Of a DNA stretch of 64,000 nucleotides, positions 1-12,565 are shown piece by piece; positions within the stretch are counted from its first letter, which is position 1, and every line of letters begins with the position of its first letter. The notes under the pieces were generated by a model. The model worked only from the letters and a program-made list of their open reading frames with translations, was not told the origin of the DNA and searched no databases. The DNA comes from Mytilus edulis (Eukaryota): NCBI RefSeq assembly GCF_963676685.1, contig NC_092349.1:79236001-79300000 (forward strand). Reading direction: 5' to 3'. Made by a program: the position numbers and the translations under genes.

Positions 1-254
1 TTAGAGAATAGCAATAATACATAAATGTACAGTTTCTTAACAAAATAGCAACATAATTACAAGATTAAATCACCACATTGTCACAAGATTATATAATCTG
101 CACCAAATTGACAGTTTGTCGTGAGTTATCATCATAACTAATCACTATAGCAAATGAACACTTTATCATAATATGTACATATAACCTAGTATCATGATTT
201 CAATCCGACCCCACTTACGGACGCGTTGAACATATAATGCATGCCACTCATTAA

Positions 255-422
255 TAGCCAATCAGACGTTAAAAAGACCTTCATTTCCCAAAAAATCATT
301 CCGGAAACATCCGCGAAGCAGTATTTATAACCAATGAAATAACAGAAATATCGTTAACAGATTTACCCGAACCTGACGTTTAGCCTCTGACTAATCAGAC
401 CGTATGACCATGGTCATACGGT
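255..422 (+). promoter_or_regulatory. Probable CENPV proximal promoter
   Basis: CCAAT boxes (agccaatcag ~258, aaccaatg ~329), CCGGAA ETS-like site at 301, TGACGT at ~374, local CpG enrichment, and a perfect 24-bp palindrome at 399-422, all 100-270 bp upstream of the ATG. Confidence 0.45.
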
Positions 423-523
423 AACTATATTTTTAAAACTACACAAAGAAAGATAACTCTTTATTTAATCTGTTCTAATTTTTGAACTTTGTAAAACTCA
501 AACTGTTACTTCGATGATCTTCG

Positions 524-3500
524 ATGGCAGATGATTTAGTTACGCACTCTGGAAGCTGTCATTGCGGTGCTGTTAAGTTTGAAGTAGTGGCCGAAAAAGT
601 TCTTCATGTCTACGATTGCAAGTAAGTAGTTTATTTTAGGCATTCGGTTATATTGTAATATATATGTATACCTGACTTTAAATAAATATGTATATATGCT
701 ATGTAGACTTTGCTTTTACTTAGCGTGGTCATTGCAGTGTGAAATTCTGTATATTCTTCATTTGCTCGTTGAACAATATCAAAGGTTGGTAATTTGATAA
801 AACCGGTTCCCAACAGGTACACATTTTTAAATCTTGACCTCGTTATTAACTTAGACAAAGCTTTATTAAGAGTCGGTATAAGCAGTACACTTACAAACAT
901 AAGCTCAGAAGAGCTTTATAACCGACAGAACACAAGCACAACGAATGGAACATTATGTCATACATATGAAGTGATGAACACATACACTATTTATAGAAAG
1001 CAACAGTTAATTTGACTCAGTCTAATGCGCATACATGCAACACAAAAGTCCTAAATTTATTAAGTACATGTATCTTAAACATGTTAAACATACACAAACT
1101 GAAACATGCACTTATGAGGTACAAACACAATATCATTTAGGAAGGTAAAATAGTCTTAGAAATACCAAATGGCCTGTTATAGGACAATCAATCGCATTAT
1201 AGTCGAAAACAAATCTCTAATTTCTTCTATTTTCTTCGAAATTAACATACCGCATTAGACTCTTCTCCGGGATTGTTTTCATCAATTGTTTAGGATACAA
1301 TTCAGAAAAGATTTTTTTTAGGATTTTACACCTTCTGCAGGAACAAAAAAAAAAAAGACCATCAAAATCCAAAACATATTTTATTTTTCTGAAACATAAA
1401 ATGCAATGACATTTGAACTTGATATACATCTAATAGATGCCATGCCTTAAACTTTTAAAACTTCACAGGTTAGTAGTTTTCTCGTTGGAATTGTTTTACA
1501 TTGTCATATCGGGGCCTTTTATAGCTGACTATGCGGTATGGGCTTTGCTCATTGTTGAAGGCAGCACGACTACGGTGACCTATAATTGTTAATTTCTGTG
1601 TCATTTTGGTCTCTTGTGGACAGTTGTCTCATTGGCAATCATACCACATCTTCTTTTTTTATATTAGAGTAGAGGTATACATACAGCCATTGTTGTCCGT
1701 TTGTTATGATGAACCTTAATAATTTTCTTAATTGTCTAAACGAATTTGATTAATTATTTGTTGGCTGAATTACGTCCAGTAGCAAATATTCCATGCATGT
1801 TCAGAACGATTTTCAACTGTGTAACTCTTTGATGTGATATTTTTTTTTTAGTTGCAGTATTTGTAAGAAGAAACAGAATAAACATTTTGTTGTACCGAAA
1901 TCCAGATTTAAGCTGTTACAGGTATTTTAATAATGGGCAGTTAGTAATAGTTGACCTTTAGATATACTGCTACGATAATACTCCAAGAAAATTAGTTATT
2001 GTGACGTGACCAACTGGTAAACATATGTTGATAGAAAAGACAACACTCTCTTGTCGTGAGGCTATGGAAAATTTCTTTAAATCTCTGATCGTAAGGAATA
2101 TATAAGGCTATGATACGTTTCTTTAGAGCTCAATAGGAATGAGCCGTGTTGCACCTTCTTTTTTAAACATCATTTAATATAGGACGAAGCATTTTAGGCT
2201 AAGCACTATTAGGCTAGAAATCCTTTCTCTCGTTTTCTTCATGTTTCTGATAGAATCACTATAGAATCAACTAGGATTTTAAATCATTGCTGTGTTATGG
2301 AACTGTTTTGTGTTTTATCTTCTGGAAGAACAAAGTCCAACAACTTCATATAAGAATAAAAAGATGTCAGGTGCTGTTCCTGCGGGGTTCAGCCATGCCA
2401 TTTTGCATCAAAAAAAGGTCCTCTTATTCTTTATTTTGCGTAGTGCTCCCTCCTCTTACATCTTATCGTGAATCTGCGTCTGGAGGTGGCATGACTGCCA
2501 ACGAGACAATTATCAATAAAAGAACGAATGATGTAAAAATATCAACTATAGATTACCATACGGCATTCTATAAGCAATAGCAATACCATACAGTAAAGCT
2601 ATACAAGACCAAATATAAAACAGTTCACTCGAGAAAAGTAACGGTCTGATATATATGTACAAAACAATGAAAGAAAAGCAAGTAAGATATACATCAACAA
2701 ACGCCAACCACTGCAGAAAAGTCTCCCGACTTTGGAAAGGCACATACAGAATGTGACGTGGTTAATATGTCGGTGGATGTCCCCGCTTTCTCTAACCTGT
2801 GACAATACACGCAATTTTGAATACTTGCATATCATTTAAATTTATTGCAAAACATGTCAGAAAAGTTAAGTTATACAATCCATTCTAACTGCGTTTTAAC
2901 GTATCGCAGTTGAATGTTTCTGCTAGCATTGTTAAAAAGAAATTAAACACAATAATTGTGATATACATACGCCATTAGTTGCTCAATGTATTCTGCACTA
3001 TTTGATATTTTCCAGGGTGCTGACAATATAACTACATACACCTTCAACTCACACAAGGCTCAGCATACATTCTGTAAGACATGTGGTGTTCAAAGTTTTT
3101 ATACACCAAGATCTAATCCAGATGGCTATGGTAGGTCCAATCAAATGTTTTATACTTGTTTTTATCAAAGCTTTGAAAATATATTAACGTGACAATTTAT
3201 AAGTCTGCAATCCCAGAAACAAAATGTGTTATGCAACAGATAATATAGGAACAATGCGGCATCTAAAAAAAGAGTCGGAAGATACATTGTACCAAGGGGA
3301 CATTTAATACTCATAACATAGATCTTGCCCCACATGCGACACCCGGCGGTATACGCCTATAAAATGTTAAAGATTCGTGTTTCATGTTGATGACAATTTC
3401 TGTTTATACATGTTTTACTATAATAATTATATATCGCTCGCTGAAACCAAAGGATTTTTTTTTATTGCTGTACCATTTATTGTATACAGGTATAGCACCA

Positions 3501-3611
3501 CACTGTATTGAATCGAACACAATAGAAAGGATAGAGGAAGAAAAATTTGATGGACAGAACTGGGACCAACACATTGAGAAGTCTGGCATAAGACAGAGAT
3601 CTAAGGAATGA
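524..3611 (+). CDS. CENPV: Centromere protein V-like (GFA/Mss4-like Zn-binding family), 4 exons, 134 aa
   Basis: Exons 524-621, 1852-1921, 3016-3130, 3490-3611 have GT-AG borders and compatible phases (405 nt). Protein: MADDLVTHSGSCHCGAVKFEVVAEKVLHVYDCNCSICKKKQNKHFVVPKSRFKLLQGADNITTYTFNSHKAQHTFCKTCGVQSFYTPRSNPDGYGIAPHCIES...RQRSKE. The CHCGAV, CNCSIC and FCxxCG motifs match vertebrate CENP-V as I recall it. AATAAA near 3788 and 3803. Confidence 0.95.
1468..1663 (+). mobile_element. SINE-like interspersed repeat, family 1 (ends ...gtctcattggcaatcataccacatcttctttt)
   Basis: The same sequence recurs at about 2484-2805(-), 6245-6393(+), 11515-11693(+), 27912-28325(-), 36520-36845(+), 53200-53525(+) and 54855-55150(-), plus fragments. 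Confidence 0.8.
2484..2805 (-). mobile_element. SINE-like repeat family 1, diverged copy
   Basis: Reverse-complement similarity to 1468-1663 and direct similarity to 27912-28325. Confidence 0.6.
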
Positions 3612-3932
3612 ATAATATTACCCATATAGTTACATTGTGACGTATTTGTTTGAAGCTGGTTATACATGTGTCAGATGGTCGATTTAGATTAATATGATCA
3701 ATTGTATGGAAACTCATTTAAGACTTTGTAATATACCAAAAGATAGTATACAACTGTAAATACATAATAGTTTTGTAAATAGATATAAATAAAAAAGGTG
3801 CAAATAAATATATTTCAGGTGTTCGAATTGTGAATGATATCAGTTGTGGTTTGGTAAAAACAAAAATGTATTTAAATACTAAAAATACAAATACAGTGTC
3901 AAATTATACAAATGTAGTTTATATATATAAAC

Positions 3933-4072
3933 TCAGTGGCGGATCCTGAAATTGTCATTGAGGGGGCGGGCGCAGAATGCCAAAAGAGAGGGCCATACAT
4001 CAGTGATTCCAAATAAACAACCAAATGTTTCCGAAAAATGAGGGACCGGGATCCCTCCCCTAAATCCGTCTG
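3933..4072. mobile_element. Short MITE-like element (cagtggcggatcc ... aaatccgtctgt)
   Basis: Imperfect terminal inverted repeats around a GC-rich core. Related heads at ~22528 and ~32625. Confidence 0.45.
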
Positions 4073-4635
4073 TAACTCACTGTACAGTCTAATAATAAAA
4101 TGGTGGATACTAAATGTAATCATGACATTTGTGTTAGTTATTCATTTGACTAGGAATTTAAGATCAGAAAGCATACATTTGTATGTTGGACATATACAAT
4201 AATTGTTTACACAATGACTGATTTGATTGTTGCTTACTAACGTCCAGTGGCACATATTCCTAAAAATATGTTTTTGATTGTTAAACAATATTAACGTCAG
4301 CACACTGGATACTTATCCGATTGTAAACATGTCCTGTGTATATCCCTCTCTTACAAGTTCATCTCTTCCACTGCACTTTTAAACGGTCTCCCACGCTTGA
4401 AATATAATAACCTACGCCAAGCTCATTCATCAGGTTCATTGACAGCGAGTTGGCGTAAATTAAAGAACGAAACTTCAAAATGAACTAAAAACAGGTTCAT
4501 GCAAATAAAACAGCAACCGAATGTTACAAATGACCGACATATAATAAGACATCTAGAGGTTACCCAGTTTTTAAATTAAATTGGTCAGATCGTTTTATGA
4601 CTAGAACAGACATGAAATCGCTTCTAAAATTAACT

Positions 4636-5193
4636 TTACTTTTCTTTAAACCGTCTTAAATACCGACAGTCTTCAATTTCCTCCAGTCTTTCTTCCAAGG
4701 TAGGATTGTGCATGAATATATCGGGTTCAATATCATAGTCACGTGATTTGATGACGGTTGGTTTAATTTTGTAAATAGGAGGTAGCTGTGGCGGAGGTAG
4801 TTTTAACGGTCTCTGTTTATTAAATTCACTTCGAATACTGCTCGGTCGAATGTCTGTTTTTAGAGGACTTGGTGTTGGCGGTTTCTGGACCTTTCTGTCG
4901 ACCAAAAATAACTTTCCAATCTCCTGATCCTGCGCAACAAACGATGCTGTGAAAGCCTTCACTTCGTTAGCCTTCTCAAAACGTCGAAGCTTCTCGTTGT
5001 TCACATAATCATTTTTAATTCTGAACTGCAGAATTCGGTTTTTAATTTTCTTCTTTAGTTTATCAGGTGAAATGTATATAGGTTTTGAATCATAAGTTAA
5101 CGTATTTTCATCATTAATAACTGGAATTTTGTCTTTTGAACTATCCTCCTTTGGTGGGATACACGGCAGACTATAACTCCTTACGATATCCAT
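4636..5193 (-). CDS. Uncharacterised basic/proline-rich protein (~185 aa) ending LEEIEDCRYLRRFKEK
   Basis: 194-codon open frame in AT-rich DNA. A splice acceptor (ttttaag) opens the exon at 5205, with an in-frame ATG at 5193. A candidate upstream exon ends CAG|gtaag at 7840 but has no in-frame ATG, so it is probably 5' UTR. Confidence 0.7.
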   Translation of the reverse strand: MDIVRSYSLPCIPPKEDSSKDKIPVINDENTLTYDSKPIYISPDKLKKKIKNRILQFRIKNDYVNNEKLRRFEKANEVKAFTASFVAQDQEIGKLFLVDRKVQKPPTPSPLKTDIRPSSIRSEFNKQRPLKLPPPQLPPIYKIKPTVIKSRDYDIEPDIFMHNPTLEERLEEIEDCRYLRRFKEK

Positions 5194-6423
5194 AAATGTT
5201 GTTACCTTAAAAAGAAACACAAAAAGTTATTAAGAGTTATCTCCACTTTAACATTAAACAATCAATTAATAGTATGCGAGTGATTTACATTGTTTACATG
5301 TAACATGTTTTAATTCCAAAATAACTTTCCGAAGTTTTTCCTTTAGAAATAAAATGTATAAATTAATAGTCTTGAAAATTGACAACAACATAACAGCACA
5401 ACTTATTTTAACGTACACGTATGTAGTATACTTTTAAAATCTATAAAATATCTATATGCTAGTGCGATTTAAACCTGTAGATATGGTAAATATATAGAGA
5501 TTTTATCGTTTGATGTCGTTCTTATACCTCTATATATTTTCTGTTGTTAGGCAATATTGTCCCTGATTCATGTATATTAAGTATAGTATCATAGATTGCA
5601 GTGCCCTATTCACTTTCTTTAGAAGCCTTGGTGGTTCAAATGTTAACTACAAATTCAAAAGGACGAGATGTTTAAAGCCCCAAGAAGAGCAATATCATTG
5701 GCAACATCAAACTTCAAATTCAAATATTCATGCGATATAATGGTCTGCAAATTAAAACAACGACGGGTAAATGTTGAAGATTTAACAAATATAACAGACA
5801 TTGCACCTTACGAAGAAAAATAGTAATATAACTCCATCAACGCTTGTGATAGTGGTAATTATCTGTCGTTAGTTGGACTATTTAAAATATATACCATACA
5901 ATTCAAATCAAGTATCAAGACCTTATCAAGTAGAAAAAAAGTCAATATAATGTTACTTTTGAAAGAGCTTTTTAAAAGAAAGTTTTTTACCAATTAAAAA
6001 CCATAAGAATTGTAATTTATCAAGTAAGTCAACAATAAAGAGCTCCGAAGTTGGGTGGTAATACTATCTTGCATATTTTCAACCATTCATCTATAAGTTA
6101 AAATTAAAGAAAGTAGCAATTGATATTATAAAAAAGATTAATACCTACTATAATATATTAATATAAAGTATATCAATCTTAGATAGAATCAGATGATTAT
6201 CCCAATACCTTGAATGAGCTGTTATAATTACTGTGACAGTCTATTTTTTGTGACCCTTTATATCTTGCTGCCCGGTGTGATCCAAAACTCCGTGTTGACC
6301 GAAGACCGTACTTTGACCTGTAATAGTTTTACTTTTACAAATTGAGACTTGGAAGGAGGTTGTCTCATTAGAACTCATACCACACCTTCTTATAGCTATG
6401 ATTGCATGTTTGAGCAAATTCAA

Positions 6424-6515
6424 ATAAACAAATAATTGTAAAAATGCAAATTAAAAAAACAAATAATTGTAAAAATGCAAATTAAAAAAAACAAATAATT
6501 GTAAAAATGCAAATA
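6424..6515. repeat. Tandem repeat, ~30-bp unit x3 (aaacaaataattgtaaaaatgcaaatt)
   Basis: Read directly from the sequence. Confidence 0.85.
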
Positions 6516-7081
6516 AGATAATTATTTTTAACATCAAGTGCCAGTAATAAATGCATATCCAGGACGAAAATGGGTTCATAGGATATAAATAAGTCACTTG
6601 CTTTGTACCAGACTGTCGACACGCTGACCCGGATAGTTAGACATCGGACATATTGTTCTGATTCCACTCCGACCAGTTTCAGTCGCATGGCAAGCGAAGT
6701 AGCAGAAATTACAAACTTCAAGCTGTTTATACTTTGACTCGGCGTTTAGTTCATTTATATGTTTTAGAGTTTTTATTGTCAAGGGTCCAGATGAGGCCGC
6801 CACACGGCAAATGCCGCGTTGAAGACCCATTGGTGGCCATTGGCTGTTTTGTACTCTTTGGTCGCGGGTTGTTGTATCTTTGACACACTGTCTGCTTCCT
6901 ATCTACATTATATTTTGACAATTTTGTCTGTCCCTTTTATACTCTTTGATTTGTATGCATTTAAATGTTAAATATTGGAAATTTTGAACTTATCAGATGA
7001 AGTTCAACTTAAAAACAAATGACGTGGTTTTTTGTTTAGTTTTATCTGTCTGTCTGTGTGTGTGTGTTATATGTATATGTA

Positions 7082-7245
7082 GAATTTTAAAGACTAGTCA
7101 CACAGAAAATGCTAAGAATTTTTAAGACTAGTCACACAGAAAGTGCTATGAATTTTTAAGACTAGTCACACAGAAAGTGCTATGAATTTTTAAGACTAGT
7201 CACACAGAAAGTGCTATGATTTTTTAAAACTAGTCACACAGAAAT
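7082..7245. repeat. Minisatellite, 34-bp unit x ~4.7 (agactagtcacacagaaagtgctatgaattttta)
   Basis: Unit starts at 7091, 7125, 7159, 7193, 7227. Confidence 0.95.
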
Positions 7246-7317
7246 AGCATAGAAATATTCGGTAATCGTAGTCATCAGCTATACTACCAAATGCAGAAGA
7301 GACCAGTGGTGAAATGT

Positions 7318-7572
7318 GTGCCTGTCTCAAGTCAGGAGCCTCTGGCCTGTGCTAGTATTGTAAGATTTTTAATTTTAGTTCATTTATATATATATTCAGA
7401 GTTTAATTAAAGTATTACATCCATTATCACTGAGCAAGTACACATTTCTGTTTAAGGGCCAGATGAAGCACGCCTCATGGTGCGGGATTTTCTCGCTGTA
7501 TTGAAGACTTTTTCTGCTCTTTGGTCGGGTTGTTGTATCTTTGACACATTCCCCATTTCCATTCTCAATTTT
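7318..7572 (+). mobile_element. SINE-like interspersed repeat, family 2 (ends tctttgacacattccccatttccattctcaatttt)
   Basis: Partial copies at ~6745-6915(+) and ~42400-42520(-). It shares a cctg..caagtcagga motif with other repeats at ~26650, ~51170, ~52765 and ~57355. Confidence 0.7.
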
Positions 7573-8753
7573 ACTGACATTCATTCTTTAAAAGTTTTAA
7601 AAAAATCTATTTAAATACTAAGTATTCTTTTAAACATTTTTAAACTTTAAAAAGAAATATTAATTCAGACTGCCATTTTTTTCTAAAACAGTATAATAAA
7701 AAATGAATGAAGTCGACCAAAAAAAGTACGAGCCACTGTGAGCTAGGCCAGAAATAAGAAAGGATACACATTTATCAATCAGGAATTAAAGTAATAAGTA
7801 GAGAGAGAAAACATAATAAAAAAGAATAATATATCTTACCTGTTCCCCAGTTATTTCCACAGAACTGTCTGTACCACGTGTTTGTACAGATGAACATAAA
7901 ACAGGACTTAGCTTCTCATTGCTTCGTAAAATTAATTGTCACATTTTAACGTCGCCATAATAGTAAATGAAGAATATTGTACAAATTCGAACAAATATAG
8001 CACTTGAGTTCCCTAGTGTTGACATGTACAAATACCATAAATTATCAAACCTTCTTAGGATAATATAAGTAGTTGACAATTGTCATAATATAAAACTATT
8101 TTGATCCGTATTGTTCTCTACTTCACGACTGTAATTCAATGTTTTTATCAAACTTTTCTTTTAAATGTTAACCTTAGGTCTTTATTAAAGTTTAATAACT
8201 TGCTCAAGAGCTAAAATACAAATATTATTGATAACTATACTGTTTTCAACTTTTATTGACAAGTTAAGCGATATTACTAATCAGCTTTTCTATCAAATCT
8301 TTAAAGTTTATGATATATAGTTGAAATGAAATTGAAATACTTATTTCTCTTTTTATGAACTTGGCCTAAATATATGAGTCATTACGCGAGTAATTAAAAT
8401 TTGGAAATATGAAAATAATGTTTTTATTATACCTTACCTCACCTGTAAAGACAAATTATAAATATTTTAAATCCCTTCGATTGTATTTCATATTGTCCAA
8501 CGTCAAGCATCAGATGTCTTTATATAAATGTTACGCAGGTCGCAATTTTTTTTTAATAATAAACAATAATAACTTATTATTTTAAACTTAATTTTTAAAT
8601 TTGAAGTTTCGGTGTGGACCGTTATTCATGACGTATTGTATATTTTCATAATGATTCGGTTGGTATGTTTTGAAATTCTCAAAACTGCAATCGATCTCAG
8701 ATAACTTGGGGTATATAACCTAAGTCAGATTTGAAATATCTAAATATATGTAC

Positions 8754-9399
8754 AGTAGCATTGGCGCAATTAAGTTGCGGCGCAAATGAGGTTTTTTTTT
8801 GGCGGAAAAAAGATATCGTCCTTGTCGAATTAGACAATACAAGATTATGATAAAATGCGCACGTACTTTCCAATAATGTCTGTTACGATAAAAGGATTTG
8901 TGTTTTATTAGTTTATGGTTATTAATGACGAGAACAATTCAAATTTCTACAAAGCAGAACCAGCAGGATGGAGGGTGGGGTATTTTAAATGTTAAATGTT
9001 AAAGGAAACTGCACCCATCTCAACCATAAAATCAAGCTGAATTTCACAAAACTCTTGATAATATTGGTATTGTAAAGATGATGACTTTGTTTTGTGTTCA
9101 AATTATTAAAAATAAATAATTGATAAAATTGTCGCAATAAGATTTTTTTATTCGCAGAAGTAGCATTGGCGCAATTAAGTTGTGGCGCAAATGAGTTTTT
9201 TTTTTGGCGGAAAAAAGATATCGTCCTTGTCGAATTAGACAATACAAGATTATGATAAAATGCGCACGTACTTTCCAATAATGTCTGTTACGATAAAAGG
9301 ATTTGTGTTTTATTAGTTTATGGTTATTAATGACGAGAACAATTCAAATTTCTACAAAGCAGAACCAGCAGGATGGAGGGTGGGGTATTTTAAATGTTA
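8754..9399. repeat. 241-bp near-perfect direct duplication (8754-8994 and 9159-9399)
   Basis: Offset 405 bp; the two copies differ at only a couple of positions. Confidence 0.95.
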
Positions 9400-9539
9400 T
9401 TGATAAAGACGAAACTATTTTGACATTTACATATTATTACACAACTAATCACATTAGATTATACTATAAAAGATAAAAGAAGTCTAAAATCAAAAAGGAA
9501 TTAACTTTGTTTACAGTTTTTATGAATTTTAATAGGCAT

Positions 9540-12500
9540 TGTGGCACCGTTAAAGTCCACAATTCCTCAAAAGTCCACAACACCGCTAAAGTCCACAACA
9601 ATTTTCCGCTAAAGTCCACAACGCCGTTAAATACCACAAAATTTCCGCTAAAGTCCACAAAATGACCTCCGCTAAAGTCCACAAGAAAACTCAAGAAAAC
9701 GCCGTTAAAGTCCACAATAACAAGTTCCGCCAAAGTCCACAAAAAAGCACCGTTAAAGTCCAAACAATTTTTTTTTATTATCAAAAGATCTATTTTCTTT
9801 TTACACCCGATATTATAGATCTAATCAAAAGCATGGACTTTTATTCTTAGAAAGTATACCTTGTCAGCATAAATTATATTTTTGATGAATGAAAAAATTA
9901 TAGTATTTGCTTTATCACCATAAATGTGATCTTTGTGTTGCGATTTTCTATCAATCAAACCGACAACCTTTCTGAAAAATTATCTAGCTATTATACTCTT
10001 TTTATTCTTTAGTAAACATTTGTTCATCCACAGAAAACTCCAACATAGCGTTCCCTTTATGTATATGCTAGATATAATTTGGAGCCTATATTTGACATTT
10101 AAATTTCCTTTGCAAATATCTATAAAACATAAGTAAGATTTCCATTCAATGTTTGTTAGGCACCACAGGAGCCAAAACGGTATGTAAATCTCAAAATCAG
10201 ACTTAGAACCATCATGTTCTTGTTTGAAATCAAAATAATGATAAAGAATACCACACATTCATGCATTTGTGGTACTCAGCAGATTTCCATCACTCATTGG
10301 TATGCATGTTTGTTTTGTTTTCAAAAAGGAAATTGAATTTGTTTCAAAATGAAAGATGAATTGAATAAATTAAACGCGGTTGTGGTTCTGTATTGTGTAT
10401 TATCCATGATGTGTACAAGTATAAAGAAAATATTTTCCAGACAATATGAGTATTTAAACCGTATGCGTATACCTGAACGTATGCTCGTACCGTATGAGTA
10501 TACTCGTACGGTTTAGTACGAGCTCGGCCATACATGTCAAATTTATCAAGAGTCAGAAAATGAAATAAAAACTTTAACCAAATTCAAAAGTGACGATACA
10601 TTTTTTAGCATGAAATTGAGTTCAAATGCTCAAATTGCAATTGAAGTTATTGGAAGTACATACATGTAAATTTTGGAAGATAAGTTTTTAGAAAATTTAG
10701 GAACGTTACTTCAAAAACCGTCAAGCCAGTAAAGTATAATGGTCAGAAGTATTTGTCACCTACAATTATTTGTTATATATATCATGAAAATCTACGTATT
10801 TTCATAACAAATATTTAAGGAATATTTCATGTAGGATTTTAATCAAAATTAGTACCAATAGAAGCAAAACTCTCATAGGTTAATTTGTTTATTTGGTTAC
10901 ATATCTATTTTGAAGCGTTAATTATCAATTTCTGATGATATAACACAAAGATTATATTTTATCAAAAAAATTGAGAAAAAAAAGATTTGCAACAAAACTA
11001 ACCGAAGAAAATCCAACTGTAAATGCCGTCAAATGTATTTTCTTTTTTTGCATTCACTTGCCGATGTATTTGTGTGTTGAGAAATCCAGAACTAATAAAA
11101 TGTGTCTATGAGCATTTGAGGGTGTGGATATAGAAAGGCGATAGGAACGTTTATATTGCATTGAGCTCGAACACCAACAATTGTTGAACTATCATTGATA
11201 AAATGTAAGTCACATCAAAGCTCACGGTATGTCGCTTTCCGATTTTCTTTCTTTTTTCTCTTTTAAAGATACTTTTTTAGTATTTTGAAAAGGCTAAATG
11301 GAAGACTAGTATGAAGTTTTAAGCTGAAACTTTTACGAATGATATAACATCAAAGAATGTTTCTGTTCTTTTCAATACAATTTTATTGGTTGCTGTAGAA
11401 CAGATTTAGAGTTTTTATACATATTAATCTTGTGAGTAATTTTACATGTGATTAAAACACTTTACCAAGATAAACAACTAGTGTATGTATATGTTTAAGC
11501 CCCATTTATAGGCATTGGTTCTCTTGTTTGAATGGTTTTACACTTGTAATTTTTGGGGAACGTTATAGCTTGCTGCTCGGTGTGAGCCAAGGTTCCGTGT
11601 TGAAGGCCGTACCTTGACCTATAATTGTTTACTTTTATAAATTTTAACTTGAATGGAGAGTCTCATTGGCACTCATACCACATCTTCCTATATCGATCAA
11701 ATCAGGTTTTATTGTGACATCTTGGTAGAAACTCATTTAACGCATCGATATCCTATACTAATCGATTAAATTATTATTTAAAGCATAGAATATTTTATCT
11801 TGTATTTAGAATTTATAATAATGGCTTCATTTTCCGTTCTGAAAATCATAACACATTAATTTTCGTTGTTTTCTATAACGAACACCGAAATTAATAACGT
11901 AAAACATTGGTTAAAAGTTTTGCGACAGGAGACCTTTGGGAATTCATAAACTTAGTAGATTTTTTGTTTAATGATTTAATTCAGATTGTTGCCGGAATGA
12001 ATGCCGTGCAAATGTTATAGATTAGGAGGCACCTGTGCTTTGTACATTAATTGTGTCAAAAAGTAATTGATAATATGCAAAGAATAAGAGAAAAAAAGTA
12101 CTTGAAGAATACAGTAATCATACCTAACGAATTTACAAACTTTTTAAAAATGATGTCCAAAATGGCCATCATCATCATCATCATAATACAAAGATTAAAA
12201 TTAATGGAACAAAATCATATACAGATACTGTACTTCTTTCATGGATCAAATTGATAAAAAAAAATACTACCGAGAAGAAAGTCCATACTTTGTATTGTAC
12301 TAACGGGATAAAAATAACGAATAATATGTTTAACAATATAAAAAAAATGGTGTGGACTTTAACGGTGCTTTTTTGTGGACTTTAGCGGAACATGCTATTG
12401 TGGACTTTAACGGCGTTTTCTTGGGGATTTTAGCGGAGGTCATTTTGTGGACTTTAGCGGAAAGTTTGTGGACTTTAGCGGCGTTGCGGACTTTAGCGAA

Positions 12501-12565
12501 AATTTGTTGTGGACTTTAGCGGTGTTGTGGACTTTAGAGGAATTGTGGACTTTAACGGTGCCACA
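9540..12565. mobile_element. Non-autonomous foldback-type DNA transposon with TGT...ACA ends, ~220-bp TIRs built of ccgYtaaagtccaca subrepeats, and a 6-bp TSD
   Basis: Left end tgtggcaccgttaaagtccac at 9540 and right end gtggactttaacggtgccaca at 12565. aggcat is duplicated at 9534-9539 and 12566-12571. No transposase ORF inside. Contains a family-1 repeat at ~11515-11693. Confidence 0.9.

Noticed and set aside
631-1429. Short ORFs in CENPV intron 1 and the many other 60-100-aa ORFs in the track
   Set aside because: Their composition is typical of random AT-rich or repeat-derived frames, with no domains or splice support.
7840-7958. Coding exon for the minus-strand gene
   Set aside because: The frame that would join the 5205 acceptor has a stop and no ATG, so it was kept only as a possible UTR exon.
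9540-9765. CRISPR-like repeat-spacer appearance and the 106-aa VDFSG-repeat ORF
   Set aside because: Spacers are only a few bases, the array is mirrored at 12352-12565 as a TIR, the context is eukaryotic and there are no cas genes.
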